Source: Octopus vulgaris
Lineage: Eukaryota
Direction of reading: 5' to 3'
DNA: 64,000 nt
NCBI GenBank assembly: GCA_951406725.2
Contig: OX597820.1
Coordinates: 101,246,001-101,310,000 of the forward strand
Position numbers and translations under genes: made by a program. Below are positions 27,720 to 41,298 of this stretch, in pieces. Position 1 is the first letter of the stretch; each line of letters begins with the position of its first letter. The notes below the pieces were generated by a model. The model was not told the origin of the DNA, searched no databases, and saw only the letters and a list, made by a program, of their open reading frames with translations.

Positions 27720-29270
27720 TGAGGGTCAGCTGAAAAGTTTGTAGGCTGACCAAGATACTCATGGGATGTAACCAAATGTGGTTTATTTTTCAAAATAGTC
27801 CCTCTTGAGGTCCACACACTTCCATCGGTGTTGCAATGCTTGGTTCCCATTGGTGAAGAAGCTTTCTTCCTCTTGGTCAAAAAAGTCACCAACAGCAGAT
27901 ATAATGTCATCATCACTGTGATACTGGTTCCCAGCCAAGTGTTTTTTCATGTTGGGGAATAAATGATAGTCAGATGAGGCCAAATCAGGAGAATATGGAG
28001 GGTGATCAACCTGTTCAGAGCCACAATCATGCACAGCAGCCATTGAAACCAAGGACTTATGTGCTAGAGCATTGTCCTGATGAAGTAAGACCCCTTTTGT
28101 CCATTTTCCTGAGTGTTTGCTCTTGATAGCCTTTCATAACTGCTTTAGAAAATTGGCATAGTACTCCCTATTGATGGTGTGGTCCTTTTAGAAATAGTCA
28201 ATAGACACAATGCCTTTTGCATCCCAAAGAACTGAGGCCATCATCCTTCCTGCTGATGAAACAACTTTGGCCTTCTTTGGAGTAAATGAGGAGGGGTGTT
28301 TCCACTACATAGATTGTCTCTTTGTCTCAGGCTCAAAGCGATGAAGCCAACACTTATCCTGGCTTAGGAAATGTTAAAGCAAACTATCTGGATCTACTTC
28401 AAACAATGTCAGATTTTTCTGTGATGTGGTCAGCCTAGTGCACTTTTGATCAGGTGTCAGAAGATGTGGGTATGCACTGAGGAGGAACCTTCATCATGCC
28501 AAGTTCACTGAGCAGAATATCCTTGACTCTCTTATGGGATATGCTAATAGCATTTGCTAGTTGATTTATAGACAATCACCTGTCATCCATCACCATGTGG
28601 TAAACATGACCAGTGTTTTCCTTGGTGATGGTAGTTGCAGGATGACCAGACCTTGGGTCATTTTCAGGACTCTTCCTTCTCCTCTTAATTTCAGCTGCCC
28701 ACTTTTGCACTGTTGATAAAGGTGGAATGTTATCCCCTAATCTAGCAACCAATTACGAAGAGAAGAGAAGAGAAGATGAAACCAATATACTGACCATAGT
28801 CTGTCAACCCTATGTGAAAGGCCTCTCCGAAAAGATACAAAAGATATTTGGCCCATATGACATCAGCACAGTATTCAAGAGTAATACAATACTTAGCAAA
28901 TATCTCCTTTGAGTAAAACCACCAATAGAAGAGAATATGATCGAAGACTACATGTACTCCATCCCATGCAGCTGTGGTAGGTTATACAAAGGTGAAACAT
29001 GCTGCCCCCTCAAAATAAGGGTAGAGGAACATTGTAAAGCTGTGACATGTGGAGATACTTGACAGCAAGACAATGCCAAATTTTGTCCATTTTCTAGAGA
29101 AGTCACTACTAGTTAGTTTTGAAGTCTTCTTTGAACAGTCAAATGTCAGTTCACCTGGAAAGAAACATTGGAATTATTAAGAAGAAGAGTTGAAATTAAT
29201 GCATAGAAAATTTTACAGCTGTAGCATCTCTCCTTCATAGTCAGCCTATGAACTTTTCAGCCTACCCTCA
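27720..29270 (-). mobile_element. Near full-length degenerate mariner transposon
   Basis: 31-bp TIRs (tgagggtcagctgaaaagtttgtaggctgac, 4 mismatches), TA duplications at 27718-19 and 29271-72. Transposase remnants MDKIWH (ATG 29090) and HPPYSPDLASSDY..F..MK; frameshifts and stops. Confidence 0.92.
28741..29055 (+). mobile_element. Penelope-like element fragment (GIY-YIG endonuclease region) nested in the mariner
   Basis: Translates as PYVKGLSEKIQKIF...YMYSIPCSCGRLYKGETCCPLKIRVEEH with one stop, typical of the PLE linker plus GIY-YIG. Confidence 0.8.
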
Positions 29271-29569
29271 TATTAGTACCTCTTTCTTTCCTTCAGGATG
29301 TAATACATCGACTTTCTTCTTTGATTTTTCTATTTTTATTTTGCTCTTAATTTTCACTCTGGATTACCATATTGATGCGGACAAATAAAGTCTGTATTCT
29401 GTATCAACAATTTCAAAGGAACATCTAAATTGCCAACTGACACAGATTATCCTAGAAATAAAAGAACAGCCAGTTAGTTTGCTAAATAACAAAGCTGTTG
29501 CAATTTTTACTGCTTTCTGCTTGACTAAATACTTGTCTATGTCCCTCAGTCATCTCTCTCCATTTATTT

Positions 29570-29607
<38 letters not shown>

Positions 29608-30579
29608 CAGACAGAACGAGAGAAGAATGAGAACTAGTGCTTTGAAAGCTAACTTATTGTTTATGCCAATACTATGGAATGATTATCCCATACTGAAATC
29701 CAGTTATGGTAGCTGTAGATTACCCTTTGCACCATATATCATGAATGTGCCACATTGTAGCAGCTGTCCTGTTTAAATAGCAGTGTATTCCGAATAAACA
29801 GCTGAGTCAGTTAATCAGAATCGACAACTATATGTGCATATGTGTGTGTGTGTGTGTGTGTGTGTTATGTATAATATTTTAAGGCATGAAATTGTAGCAG
29901 TATTCAGGACCATTTTGAGGCCACCTAGACTGGTGATATTGATGAATCTGATGTTCAGTTTGAATATAGATTGGTCAACATGTAAAGGGAAAGATTAGAA
30001 AATTATCATCATCATCATACGTCTGTTTTCTATGCTCACATGGGTTGGATGGTTCGACAGGAACTGGTAAGGCTGGGGTTGGGGCACATCAGGCTCCTTT
30101 GCTTGTTCTGGCATGATTTCTGTGGTCAGATGCCCTTCCTAATGCTAAACATTTTACAGCGTGTACTGGGTGCTTTTGATGTGGTACCAGCATAAGTGCT
30201 TGTAATGGGACACCAACACTGGTATCAATTCTGTTGTGGCGGATAGGTCTTCTTGAATACAGCAAGGTGCTAGGTATCTTGATCCTTTATCATCTTCTTC
30301 ATAAGGCTCAGTGCTTAGTAAAGTGTGATGTATTTAGTAAAGGCTTAATGTGAGATCTGAGATGGGGGTGTGCAATTAGGTTCAAAGAAGCAGCAGTAAT
30401 TGTAGTTGAGACAGAAGAAGCAGAGAAAGGAAGTAGAATGTTTGTGAGACAGTGGTTTTAATGTATTGGCAAATGGGTCTAGCAGCAGCATAGTCCAATA
30501 TATGTAAATATTTCATTGCATGAAGTTATTGCTACACCTGAAGGGGAAGCTTAGTCTTTGTAATATAGTTCCGATGATG

Positions 30580-30615
<36 letters not shown>

Positions 30616-30617
<2 letters not shown>

Positions 30618-31722
30618 TCATCATCATCATCGTTTAACATCTGCTTTCCATGCTGGCATAGGCTGGATGGTTTGATTGTGGAGTGGTGAGCCAGATGGCT
30701 GTACCAGGTGCCAATCTGATCTGATAAATTTTCTACAGCTAGATGCCCTTCCTAACGCCAACCACTCCATGCCACGGCACAAAGGCAAGCCAGGCGCTTT
30801 TTACGTGCCACCTGCACAGGAGCCAGTCTGGTGGCACTGGCAACAGCCACACTTGAATGATGCTTTTTATGTGCCAATGGTACAGGAGCCAGTCAGTGGC
30901 CCTGGCAACGATGATGCTCAAATGGTACTTTTAACGCTCCACTGGCACAGGTGGTACTGTCATTGGCCACAACAGCGATTTCACTTGCCTCAACAGGTCT
31001 TTGCAAGTGTAGTTTATTGTCCAATGATTGAAGGGTACTCTTAAATGGGCTGGTTACACAGCCCTAGCATAGGCCACGGTTATGGTCTCCCTTGGCTTGC
31101 CGGGTCTTCTCAAGCACAGCATATCTCCAAAGGTCTCAGTCACTTGTCATTGCCTCCGTGAGGCCCAATGCTCGAAGGTTGTGCTTCACCACCTCGTCCC
31201 AAGTCTTCCTGGGTCTACCTCTTCCACAGGTTCAACTGCTAGGGTGTGACACTTTTTTTCACAGCTATCCTCATCTATTCACAACACATGACCATACCAG
31301 CACAGTTGTCTCTCTTGCACACCACATCTGATGCTTCTTAAGTCCAACTTTTCTCTCAGGATGCTTACACTCTGTTGTGTATGCACACTAACATTACACA
31401 TTCAGCAGAGCATACTGGCTTCATTCCTTGCCAGCTTACGCATGTCCTCAGCAGTCATGGCCTATGTTTCACTGCCATGTAGCATGGTTGTTCGCACACA
31501 TGCATCATACAGTCTACCTTTTACTCTTAGTGAGAGGCCCTTTGTCACCAGCAAAGGTAGGAGCTCTCTGAACTTTGCTCAGGCTATTCTTATTCTAGCA
31601 GCTAAACTTTCATAGCATCCACCCCTGCTACTGACTTGGTCGCCTAGATAACAGAAGCTATCAACTACTTCTAGTTTTTCCCCCTGGAATGTGACAGAAG
31701 CTGCTCTCTGCACATTTTCAGT
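30616..31722 (-). mobile_element. RTE-clade LINE 3' fragment
   Basis: Remnants LEVVDSFCYLGD, ARIRIA.AKFRELLPLL, GRPRKTWDEVV. 3'UTR has ~65-70-bp tandem units and a (GAT)n tail. Confidence 0.88.
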
Positions 31723-32734
31723 GATATATATATGAAGGTATAGCATTTCTGTACCCCCATCCAAAATTACTATATTAACATCATTGTCATTGATGGCAGT
31801 GTTTCTTTATAGATTTCAGTATCTTTGTGAGAAAAGTTTTTAGAAATAAATGGGTAGAACTCTACAATGTTGATATGAGTGAATTTGCTTCTATACTTAT
31901 TCTTGGTACGATGCAGTTAGGATATTGCTGTTATTTCAATGCCATATGTTGGTGGCTTTTGTCAACAATATCATTTAATGTGTTTACTAACTACACAAAA
32001 TTCATTATTCACAGGACTTAGCAGCCTGCAATTTGGGTTTACAGGAAAAGTTTGCTTGCCGTCAGTTTGGGTGTTATGTAACTTTTGTTTGCCTTAGCAT
32101 TTTATCCTTATGTTTGATGGTAGATTAGCTGCTATAAGCTTTTCGTTACTGATGTCTTTCATTGCAGGTATTGATATTTATTTTCCTATATGTTGTTTTG
32201 TCAGGAGTTCATTGTTGTTCTTATCTACTTCATGTTTTTGGTTTTGTCTGCAGATTCATGTGGTCTGCTGGATTTCCTAGTTGTCTTTATGTCTGAAACT
32301 GAGTTTGTGCTGGAAATAACTTCTGTGAATACTGAAAGACTGATGTGTTAACTAATATTGAACCACCATAATGTGACCAGGCAATGCAAACTATGTACTG
32401 CCGAGAAAAATCATATAATAAACATGTAAACTGACACTTTAAACAAAAATGCAGAAATAGTATGCAAATGCCATCATTAGAGCAAATTTACTTGAAGAAT
32501 TCAGTGGAATGAAATGCAACTGGTGTACCAGTTTCAAAGACACGACTGTCTTTCTGTAAACTGATTGCAATTTTATAACAGACCATCTTTTGATGCTGAA
32601 TGTCAACAATTCCATTATCATTAAAGCTTTCATTGTTGATACATCATGTGAGGAATGCTTTTTGGTACAAAACTTGAAATAACGGAATAGTACTCTAAAA
32701 GTAAAGTTGTGTGTATGTGTATAAAAGTGTATGT

Positions 32735-33316
32735 CATTATCATTATCGTTTAACGTCCGCTTTCCATGCTGGCATGGGTTGGACAGCTTGATTGAGAACT
32801 GGCAAGCCAGGAGGCTGCACAGTCTCCAGTCTGATTTGGCAAGGTCTCTACAGCTGGATGTCCTTCCTAACATCAACCACTCTGAGAGTGTAGTGGGTGC
32901 TTTTTACATGCCACCAGCACAGGAACCAGCCAAGTGGTACTGGCATCAGCCACATTCGGATGGTGCATTTTACATGCCACTGGCGTGGGTGCCAGTCAGG
33001 TGGCACTGGCATCGGCCATACTCGAATGGTGCTTTTTATGTGCCAGTTAGGTGGCACTGGCATCTGTCACATTCAAATGGTGCCATTTATGTGTCACCAG
33101 CATGGGTGCCAGTCAGGAGGCACTGGCATCAGCCATGACTATAGGTCTTCATAAGTATGGCACATTGTCCAACAATTGAAGGTTGCTTTTAAACGGGCTA
33201 GTTATGCGACACTGGCATTGGTCACGACTACCATCTCACTTGGTTTACTGGGTTTTCTCAAGCATGGCTTATCTTCAAAGGTTTCAGTCAATTGTCATTG
33301 CCTCTCTGAGGCCCAA
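32735..33316 (-). mobile_element. RTE-family 3' end
   Basis: Same tail with about 4 tandem units; extends to the ORF end region. Confidence 0.85.
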
Positions 33317-33343
33317 TATATATATATATATATATATATTTAT

Positions 33344-33489
33344 TTATAAAATATTATTAGAGACAAAACCACTATTTTGCAAAACAAACAAGGAAAGACT
33401 TAATCAATACATAAAATTTTATGTATTGATTAAGTCTTTCCTTGTTTGTTTTGCAAAATAGTGGTTTTGTCTCTAATAATATTTTATAA
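33344..33489. repeat. Perfect 146-bp palindrome with no spacer
   Basis: Centre between 33416 and 33417 (ataaaa|ttttat); arms complementary by eye. Confidence 0.92.
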
Positions 33490-33568
33490 TATTTTACTAT
33501 AAAATTGGATTTAATCCTAAATCTGATTTTTTCCCTGTAAATTTGGATTTATTCCCTAATATTTATTA

Positions 33569-33867
<299 letters not shown>

Positions 33868-34546
33868 AATATTTATGTATGTGTATATATATACATATAA
33901 GTGTGTAGTGAATATATTTATATGTGTGTGTATTTGTATCGTTGTAAAAATGAGAAAACACCCAGAAATTTGAACTTTGAAACAATAGCAGTAATGAAAT
34001 ATTAATAAATTTTCTTTTCTTTAAATAGCTTTCAATAGCATTTCCTCTAAAATTTCATGAGAAAATATAAAAAAGCATATTTTCTGTATCAGTAATTGCT
34101 ATGGTATTAATTACTTTAGTAATATAGCATATCCTGGCTTCTATAGGATGCTTTATTACTGAAAAAAAAAAAAAGAAAATCAAATAAAAAATTTTTTAAC
34201 TTTTGTAATCTTAACAAGAAATTGTATGTTTTTTAGAAATATTTGTTTTGGTTTAATCTTAGAGATTTATAATTTCGATATATATATATTATATATGCAC
34301 ACACGTGACTGACTTACTGGGAAAAATATCTTCATGGGATTCTAAAGAAGCCGTTATGTTTCTAGAATATGGGTAGTCTTCTAAACTTGTTCTCCTCCAA
34401 AATGTATTGGATTACTAAATCTTGTATTAGTGACATTCTTTGGATATTTCTGAATGTCACATGTTTAGGTAGAGGAGGGCACTGCATAGTCTCAGCAAAT
34501 AATAAGAGATTTCAATCTAATCTCTGCACCTTTTTTTCCTTTTCTC

Positions 34547-35385
34547 TTAACCGTTTTGATACTAACCCCTCAGAGACTGCTCATGGTTGTATGATATAAA
34601 ATTACTGCTTTGACCCTTTAACATTCAAATTAGTCTGTCAAATGTTCTGCTTATTCATTCACATTGTTTTGAATCAATCATGCATTATCTGGTAGCTTTG
34701 AGATTTTGATGATGTGATTGTTTATTTTTAGAACAACCTTTTAGGGTAGGAGTGAGAGGCTGGAGCTGGCCAGTTTGCTCATAAAACAGGTAGAATATTT
34801 GAGCCAGATGTGACCAGTTTAAATGCTAAAAAGTTAATGTGATGTAAATTAAAACCTTGCATCAAAATTGCATGTTTATTTATGCTCCAAACACCAGCTT
34901 AAAAATGACAAAGTTATTTTACTGAACTCTTTATCATATACTAGCAGTATTGCCCGGCGTTGCTCGTGTTTATTTCGACCCTTTAGAAATGGGATTTTTG
35001 AAAAGTAAAAATTTTGCATTATGTAGCTTATTATTTTCTCTTTAAGTGAATATTTTTCTGGTTGAAATACACCAAAAAATGGCGACACAGCAATCAAAAA
35101 ATCGTAAAAAATAAGGATTTTCATAGAAAATGTAAATAACTTTTGGTGTTAACATGGTCCAATTTGAATTTTATCTTCTACGGAATGAAGAGCAAGCCTT
35201 CTTCTATCATACTCTCAATTTTGGTCAACTTGCACTGCATGGTCTAAGAGGAGATAGTGTTAGTTGAAGGCTACCAAACCTGCCATACACAGACAACTTC
35301 AGCTTTATATATATAGAGAGATTTTCAAAATGAACTGAAATATAAGCAGTGTATTTCAACAGAAATATGGTAACAAAAGGGTTAA
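34547..35385. mobile_element. piggyBac-like MITE hosting a family E MITE (34610-34837) and a Helitron
   Basis: TTAA-ccgttttgatac ... gtaacaaaaggg-TTAA; related to the neighbouring MITE at 35659-35888. Confidence 0.75.
34941..35321 (-). mobile_element. Non-autonomous Helitron
   Basis: Minus strand starts TC(tctctatatatataaagctg) and ends with a GC-rich subterminal hairpin-like segment plus CTAG. Inserted between A and T with no TSD. Confidence 0.8.
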
Positions 35386-35658
35386 GTTTCAGCTATAATT
35401 AAATGTACATGAATTACACACTTTTGTAAATAGAAGTGTTTTTGCAGAGCTTGTTCAAGTCATTAATATGTTGCTGTTTTCTGATCAATACAGATTTTCT
35501 GAGATTAGGATTTTAGTTCTTATTTTATAATGAAAATGAGTACTTATTCTTATCGAGCTTATTTCGTAATATCCTTTGTTTGTGACCTTTTGAAATGTAT
35601 GATATGGTATACCTTTATAAGCAGCACCAGTTTTTTTAACCATCTCTGTGATTTGTAA

Positions 35659-35888
35659 TTAACCCTTTCGATAGCAATGTGGCCGAAACCGCCTCTAGCT
35701 CTGTAGTGCAAATGTCTTATTTTCATAAGTTTTACATTAAAATCGTCCACCAAACCTTAGTCACAATTTATGTTCCTAATCCTAGCTTAATGATAACTAA
35801 GTTATGTTACTAATTTCTTTGTTATATTTAAAATTAATTGAAAGAAACACAGAGCATCTTAAAATAAATACGGTGACGAAAGGATTAA
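35659..35888. mobile_element. piggyBac-like MITE
   Basis: TTAA-ccctttcg ... cgaaagga-TTAA. Confidence 0.8.
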
Positions 35889-36676
35889 ATACACTGCAAG
35901 AAATGTAAGCAGTTGGCAAAAAAAGAAAGAATTGACTTGACCTGAATTTTGACCCTAGTTGGGATCTCTTCAGAGAATAGACATCTGCTTCTGTCTGAGC
36001 AGAGAGAGAGAGAGATAACTTATAACTATTTCTCGCCAGTAGATGGTATGTTTTTACAAAATTTGTTAGTCTAGTTGCCATAAATAGTGTTTGTGCTGGC
36101 TATATAGTCAGTATTATTAATAATATTGACTATGTAGCTAGCAAATGTTATTAATTATTGATACAATAAATGGTGTGTGTTCAATATTCTGAAATGTATA
36201 TAAAGCCACATAAGTTATTTCGCTATCACTGTGATGTATAATTGAACAGACTTAGACAAATGTAAACAAATCGACAGAAAAGAAATGGGGGATTGTCCTG
36301 ATATAGTTTAATTGTAGATGAGATAGTGTTAGAGACTTCACACACTTTTATCTATTCATAGAAAGGTATATAACTCATGACTATAATAATTATGGTCATG
36401 AAACCACACTGATATAGCATTAAAAAACAATGGAAAAGAAACTAGCTTCCATTCCTGATATGAAGACTGAGAAGCTTATGCTCTAATGTTTCTTCTACAG
36501 ACTTCTAGTAATGTCTGCATGGCTGTGTGGTTAAGAAGTTCATTGTGGAACTAAATGGATTGGGGTTCAGTCCCATCCTCCTTCATGGCTGGTGTTCTTT
36601 ACTAAAGCCACAAGTTTACTAATACCTTAGGAGCAAAGTTTACTGACAGAACCTGAAGAAGCCTGTCATATATATA

Positions 36677-37885
36677 CAGGGGTTGGACAAAATAATGGAA
36701 ACACCTTAAAATTTCAAACAAATTTATTTTAATATGGAGTAGGACCCCTTTGGTAGTAATTACATCTTGAATTCTATGAGGTATGGACTCGTACAAAGTT
36801 TGAATTGTTTCCAAAGGAATTTTTGTCTATTCTTCAGCTAAAACAGTCTCCAGTTCTTGTAGTGAAGGTGGTGGAGGATATCGACTCCTTACTTGCTTTT
36901 CTAAAATGCACCATAAATGTTCAATAATATTGAGATCTGGAGACTGTGGTGGCCAGATAAGATGTTCAACTTCACTAGAATGTTCCCTGTGCCATTCAAG
37001 TAACAACTTTAATTGTTGGACAAAACACATCGCTAAAATTGCCAAGAAGGCTGAGGGTGTCTTGGCATTACTCACCAAGTCCTTTGTGAGCCGCTCTCTG
37101 GCTATCTATCTGTGGCTCTATATAGCTATGGTAAGACCTAACCTGGAATTTGCATCACCAGTCTGGAACCCCTATCTTACCCAGGATATTAATCGTCTGG
37201 AAGCCGTTCAGCGACGTGCTACCAAAAGAATACCCTCCATCAAGCATTTGCCATATTCTGAACGCCTTACTTCCCTGGGCATGGACACATTAAAACTCCG
37301 ACATTTGGCAGCTGACTTGGCAGACACCCATAATATTATTAACCATCTTACAAACAATAACTCTGAGCACCTTTTCAAACTCCACCCATCTAACACCCGT
37401 GGACATATTTACAAAGTCAGAAAACAGCACAGCTCCCATGACTTTAGGAAACATTTTTTCACGCTGAGAGTTGCTGAAGCATGGAACAAACTGCCGGCAT
37501 CAGTTGTTAGTTGTCGGAGCACTGCATCCTTCAAAACTTCCATGCTTTCTGAGATTTGCCAACACTACACCTGATTTTCTCCCCTCCATACACACACAAG
37601 CATGTATCTGACTCATACATTGTTCGCTTTCCAGACATTTGTACATTACTGCATATACTTTATACGCACTTTCTGACAAGTTGTGGTGCACCTGAGCACT
37701 GTATACAATAATTTCATTATTATTATTATTTAGCTGTGTGAATTGGTGCATTATCATCCTGAAAGATTGTGTTTCCCTCCAGAAACAGCTCCGCAACCAT
37801 AGGATGAATTTGATCATATAAAATGCTTAAATAGTCTTGACTATTAATTCTGCCATGAAGGGAAACTATTGGGCCAGCGGATTTC
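36677..37885 (-). mobile_element. Tc1-like transposon fragment interrupted by a CR1 LINE
   Basis: TA + caggggttggacaaaataatggaaacac end. FQDDNAPIHTAK and WPPQSPDLNIIEHLW motifs lie on either side of the insert. Confidence 0.9.
37012..37728 (+). mobile_element. 5'-truncated CR1-group LINE (ORF2 C-terminus, 3'UTR, (ATT)n tail)
   Basis: Open frame to the stop at 37574 with VRPNLEFASPVWNP, LEAVQRRATK, NTRGH, FFTLRVAEAWNKLP. (att)n tail; ttta at both junctions. Confidence 0.92.
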
Positions 37886-38168
37886 CAAGATATAGGAAGC
37901 AAACTTCTTACTACGCAACCACTCTTGTGCCTATATCTACAAATATGTTTCAATTATTTAACATGTATTTGCTGTTCTATAATTTCACTCAGAAAATGTC
38001 TTGTGAATTAGTAATTTAAGAAAAAAAAATCAATGTATGTAAAGTTCCATATGAAACTTTCAAGAATTACATTATATTTAGGCCTTCATATATCAATATA
38101 ATATAATGATTAAGAGCATGGTTTTATAAGTACTTTTGTTTTCTTAATGTTTATTATTTTTTTCCCAG

Positions 38169-38248
38169 GTATTATCAGGTACGAGTTGGTTTAAAGACAC
38201 CTGCAAAATTACCATGTAAAACTGAAGTCTCTCTTCCCAAAAATACAG
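38169..38248 (+). CDS. FAM135A: FAM135 coding exon 2 ((G)YYQVRVGLKTPAKLPCKTEVSLPKNT)
   Basis: Acceptor ttttcccag, donor G|gtatgt, 80 nt. Completes the phase-2 Gly codon of exon 1 and gives the FAM135 motif QRGYYQ.R. Confidence 0.92.
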
Positions 38249-39618
38249 GTATGTTTTTCAGTATCTTTATATGTAATTGCTATTGCTTGATGTCTGTTTT
38301 TCCGTGCTGTCGTGGTTAAGACTTTTGATAGCATAGTTTCTTTTGAATTTATGATTATGGTTTCTGAAAGAATGTGATCAAGTTGCAGCAACAGCATAGT
38401 TGGGTACTTTTTTTTTCAATAAATTCTGTCACTTCATAAAATCTAACCCTGTGCTTGTTCACGCAACGGCTGATTTCAAGCATTAAGGACAAACGAACTG
38501 CCATCATTTAAATTATATATATTTGTGTCTCCTTGTCTTGATATTGAGTGATTGCTGTAAATGAATGTCATCAATTTTCAATATTCTGTGTAAACTTGTC
38601 TGACCATGAGGAAATATCTTGCTTGGAAATGGTAGTGGTTGGCAACAGAAAGGGCTGCATCCAACCATAGAAAATCTGTCTCAATAAATGATGATGTTGA
38701 TGAGATTTTGCCTTGGCCGAAAGATATTAGTTATCTAGATACAAAATCTTCTTTTTTTTCCCATTGTTGTGATAGAATGGACTTAATATGTTTCTTGTGA
38801 CACCAACACTGAAGAGATTACCATAAAGTTATCAGAACTGTCTTCAATCTCTATTAGTTTTATTTTGAAGTGACCATGTCTTATTGATTACTAATTGTGT
38901 ATACCAAATTAATCAAACATATTTCATTATTTATCTAAATTTATGTATGTAAAGGGATACATCAAAGACTCTATTTCAAAACAAGAGCAAATAAATTGGT
39001 TAATTTTTAATTGTATTTGAACACACTCAGCGGGATGATTGCCTGTCAGAAATGATAGGGAAAATAATGCATGTTTTTGTAAAGTACAAAATGGTCTATA
39101 AAACGTTTCTGCTGTTATCTATAGTTGTTATCACCATCATCATCGTCTCACGTCCATCTTCCATGCATGCATGGGAAGGACAGTTCACAGGAGCTGGCCA
39201 GGTAGAAAAACTACCCTTTGCTACTGTGTCTGTTTTGGCTGGGTTTTTATGGCTGGATGCCCTTCCTAACACCAACCACTCCGCAGAATGGACTCAGTGC
39301 TTTTTACGTGGCACTAGCACAGGCAAGGTTAGTTTTGGCATGAATTTTACAGCTGGATGCCCTTCTAAATGCCAACCACTTTACAGTGTGGACTGGATGG
39401 TTTTTATGTATGGTTTATTTTTGAAAGTTAGAGGAAGAAGGGCAAATGCCCTTGTCTATTTACAAGAACTCTAAGGCTCTGTGTGTATGAATGCACCCAC
39501 ATATGTGTTGGTTTCTGTTTGGATTTGCTTATTTTCACATTGATACCCATTGCCTAGTGGTGGTCTATCTTCTAAAATTAGGTTGTTTAGTGCAAAGAGT
39601 AATCTACAAATGTAATAT

Positions 39619-39817
39619 TGGTTTCAAATTCTGGCACAAGGCCAGCACTTTCAGAGGATGGGGTTAGTCGATTATGTTAACCTGATACTTACTTTATCGC
39701 CCTCAAAAGGATGAAAGGCAAAATTAACTTCAGTGTAATTTGAATTCAGAACTTAAAGACAATGAAAATGCTTCTATACATTTTGCCTGGCATGTTAATG
39801 ATTCTGTCAGCTCGCCA
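39619..39817 (-). mobile_element. Second tRNA-derived SINE family (related copies ~49228-49425, 25960-26090, 45943-46063)
   Basis: Minus-strand head ggcgagctgacagaat..ttctgaattcaaatt, followed by tttgcctttcatcctt. Confidence 0.75.
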
Positions 39818-40578
39818 TCTTATAAATACAACTGTAATATTTCTGAGTATAAATGCTACCATCAATATTAGCTATTGTTATGTCCATATTTCTCTGCAAT
39901 TTGTGGTTGATTGGCGCTCCAGCCATAACCATCTCATCTCTCTCTTAGGTATAAGGAATCTAAGACTATGTATGTCTTCTAAGATGGTAGCATGTATTTT
40001 GAGGGAGATTTTGGCTATTATTTCTAGCAGGTTGAGCAACTACATAAAGCAAAATTTTTCAAACTTTGTCTTCAGCATACCACTTTTAATGTGTTCAGTA
40101 GTGTTGGTGTGCCCTGTTTGAAGAATATAGTGTTACATAGTTGGATACCATACAACAGGAAATTGACATGTATTATGTGTTTTTAATTTGATTTAATTTA
40201 ACTTAATTTAAAGGGCTCATATCCGTTCAAGTTTTATATAATTGACTGTTACTTCCCCTAAACTTTCTAGCCTGTGCCTGTTGGAAGAAATCAGTTTCAT
40301 TTAATTTAATGTTACATTTTTAATGAGATAAATGAGCTTAGCTCTTTCTTACAAGTAACTTAATTTTAGGTACAGCTTCAGAGAGTTACACCCTTATAAT
40401 ATTCACAGTTGACATCATTAAATACAAGTTTTTGGTTATAAACATTGCTGAAAGCCTTTGTTTCCAATGATGAGCAGATAGGAACAGCTATGGGTTCTCT
40501 ACACACTTGCTAATCAAAGAATACCAGAATTTTGTTAAGGAAGAGGTTGAAAAAATTTTTTTGCTCTGGATTCATTTA

Positions 40579-40972
40579 CATGGCTGTGTGGTAAGTAGCT
40601 TGTTTACCAACCACATGGTTCCGGGTTCAGTCCCACTGTGTGGCACCTTGGGCAAGTGTCTTCTACTATAGCCTCGCGTCGACCAAAGCCTTGTGAGTGG
40701 ATTTGGTACACAGAAACTGAAAAGAAACCTGTTGTATATATGTATATATATATATATGCGTGTTTGTGTGTCTGTGTTTGTCCCCCTAGCATTGCTTGAC
40801 AACCGATGCTGGTGTGTTTATGTCCTGTTACTTAGCGGTTCAGCAAAAGAGACCGATAGAATAAGTACTGGGCTTACAAAAAGAATAAGTCCCGGGGTCG
40901 AGTTGCTCGATTAAAGGTGGTGCTCCAGCATGGCCACAGTCAAATGACTGAAACAAGTAAAAGAGTAAAGGA
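40579..40972 (+). mobile_element. SINE family A
   Basis: Near-consensus sequence. Confidence 0.9.
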
Positions 40973-41298
40973 GTATATATTCCATAAACTCTTATTCTTA
41001 TTGCAGTTTGTCTGGAACTGATTGAACGAATTGCTAGTCCAGTTCACTAATCTTAGGAAAGTAGGTATCTAATTCCTCATAGAGTGAAACAAAATGCTTC
41101 TGGACTTAACATACTGGCATCATTGATGTCTTCTACTTCTGTACATTTATCAGTTCTTTCACTTCAAATCCAACTAAAATACTGAGCCATGGTAACATCA
41201 CCATCATCATTATTATCATCATCATCATTTAATGTCTGTTTTCCATGCTGGTATAGGTTGGTTGATTTGTCTGGATCCATCAAACTGCAGGGCTATAC

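Noticed and set aside
35930-35980. Minus-strand CTGAAGA-gatcc..gggtc-AAAA
   Set aside because: GAAA is absent and there is no convincing stem III or stem I.
36906-37574. 222-aa ORF as a host gene
   Set aside because: Chimera of antisense Tc1 and CR1 ORF2.
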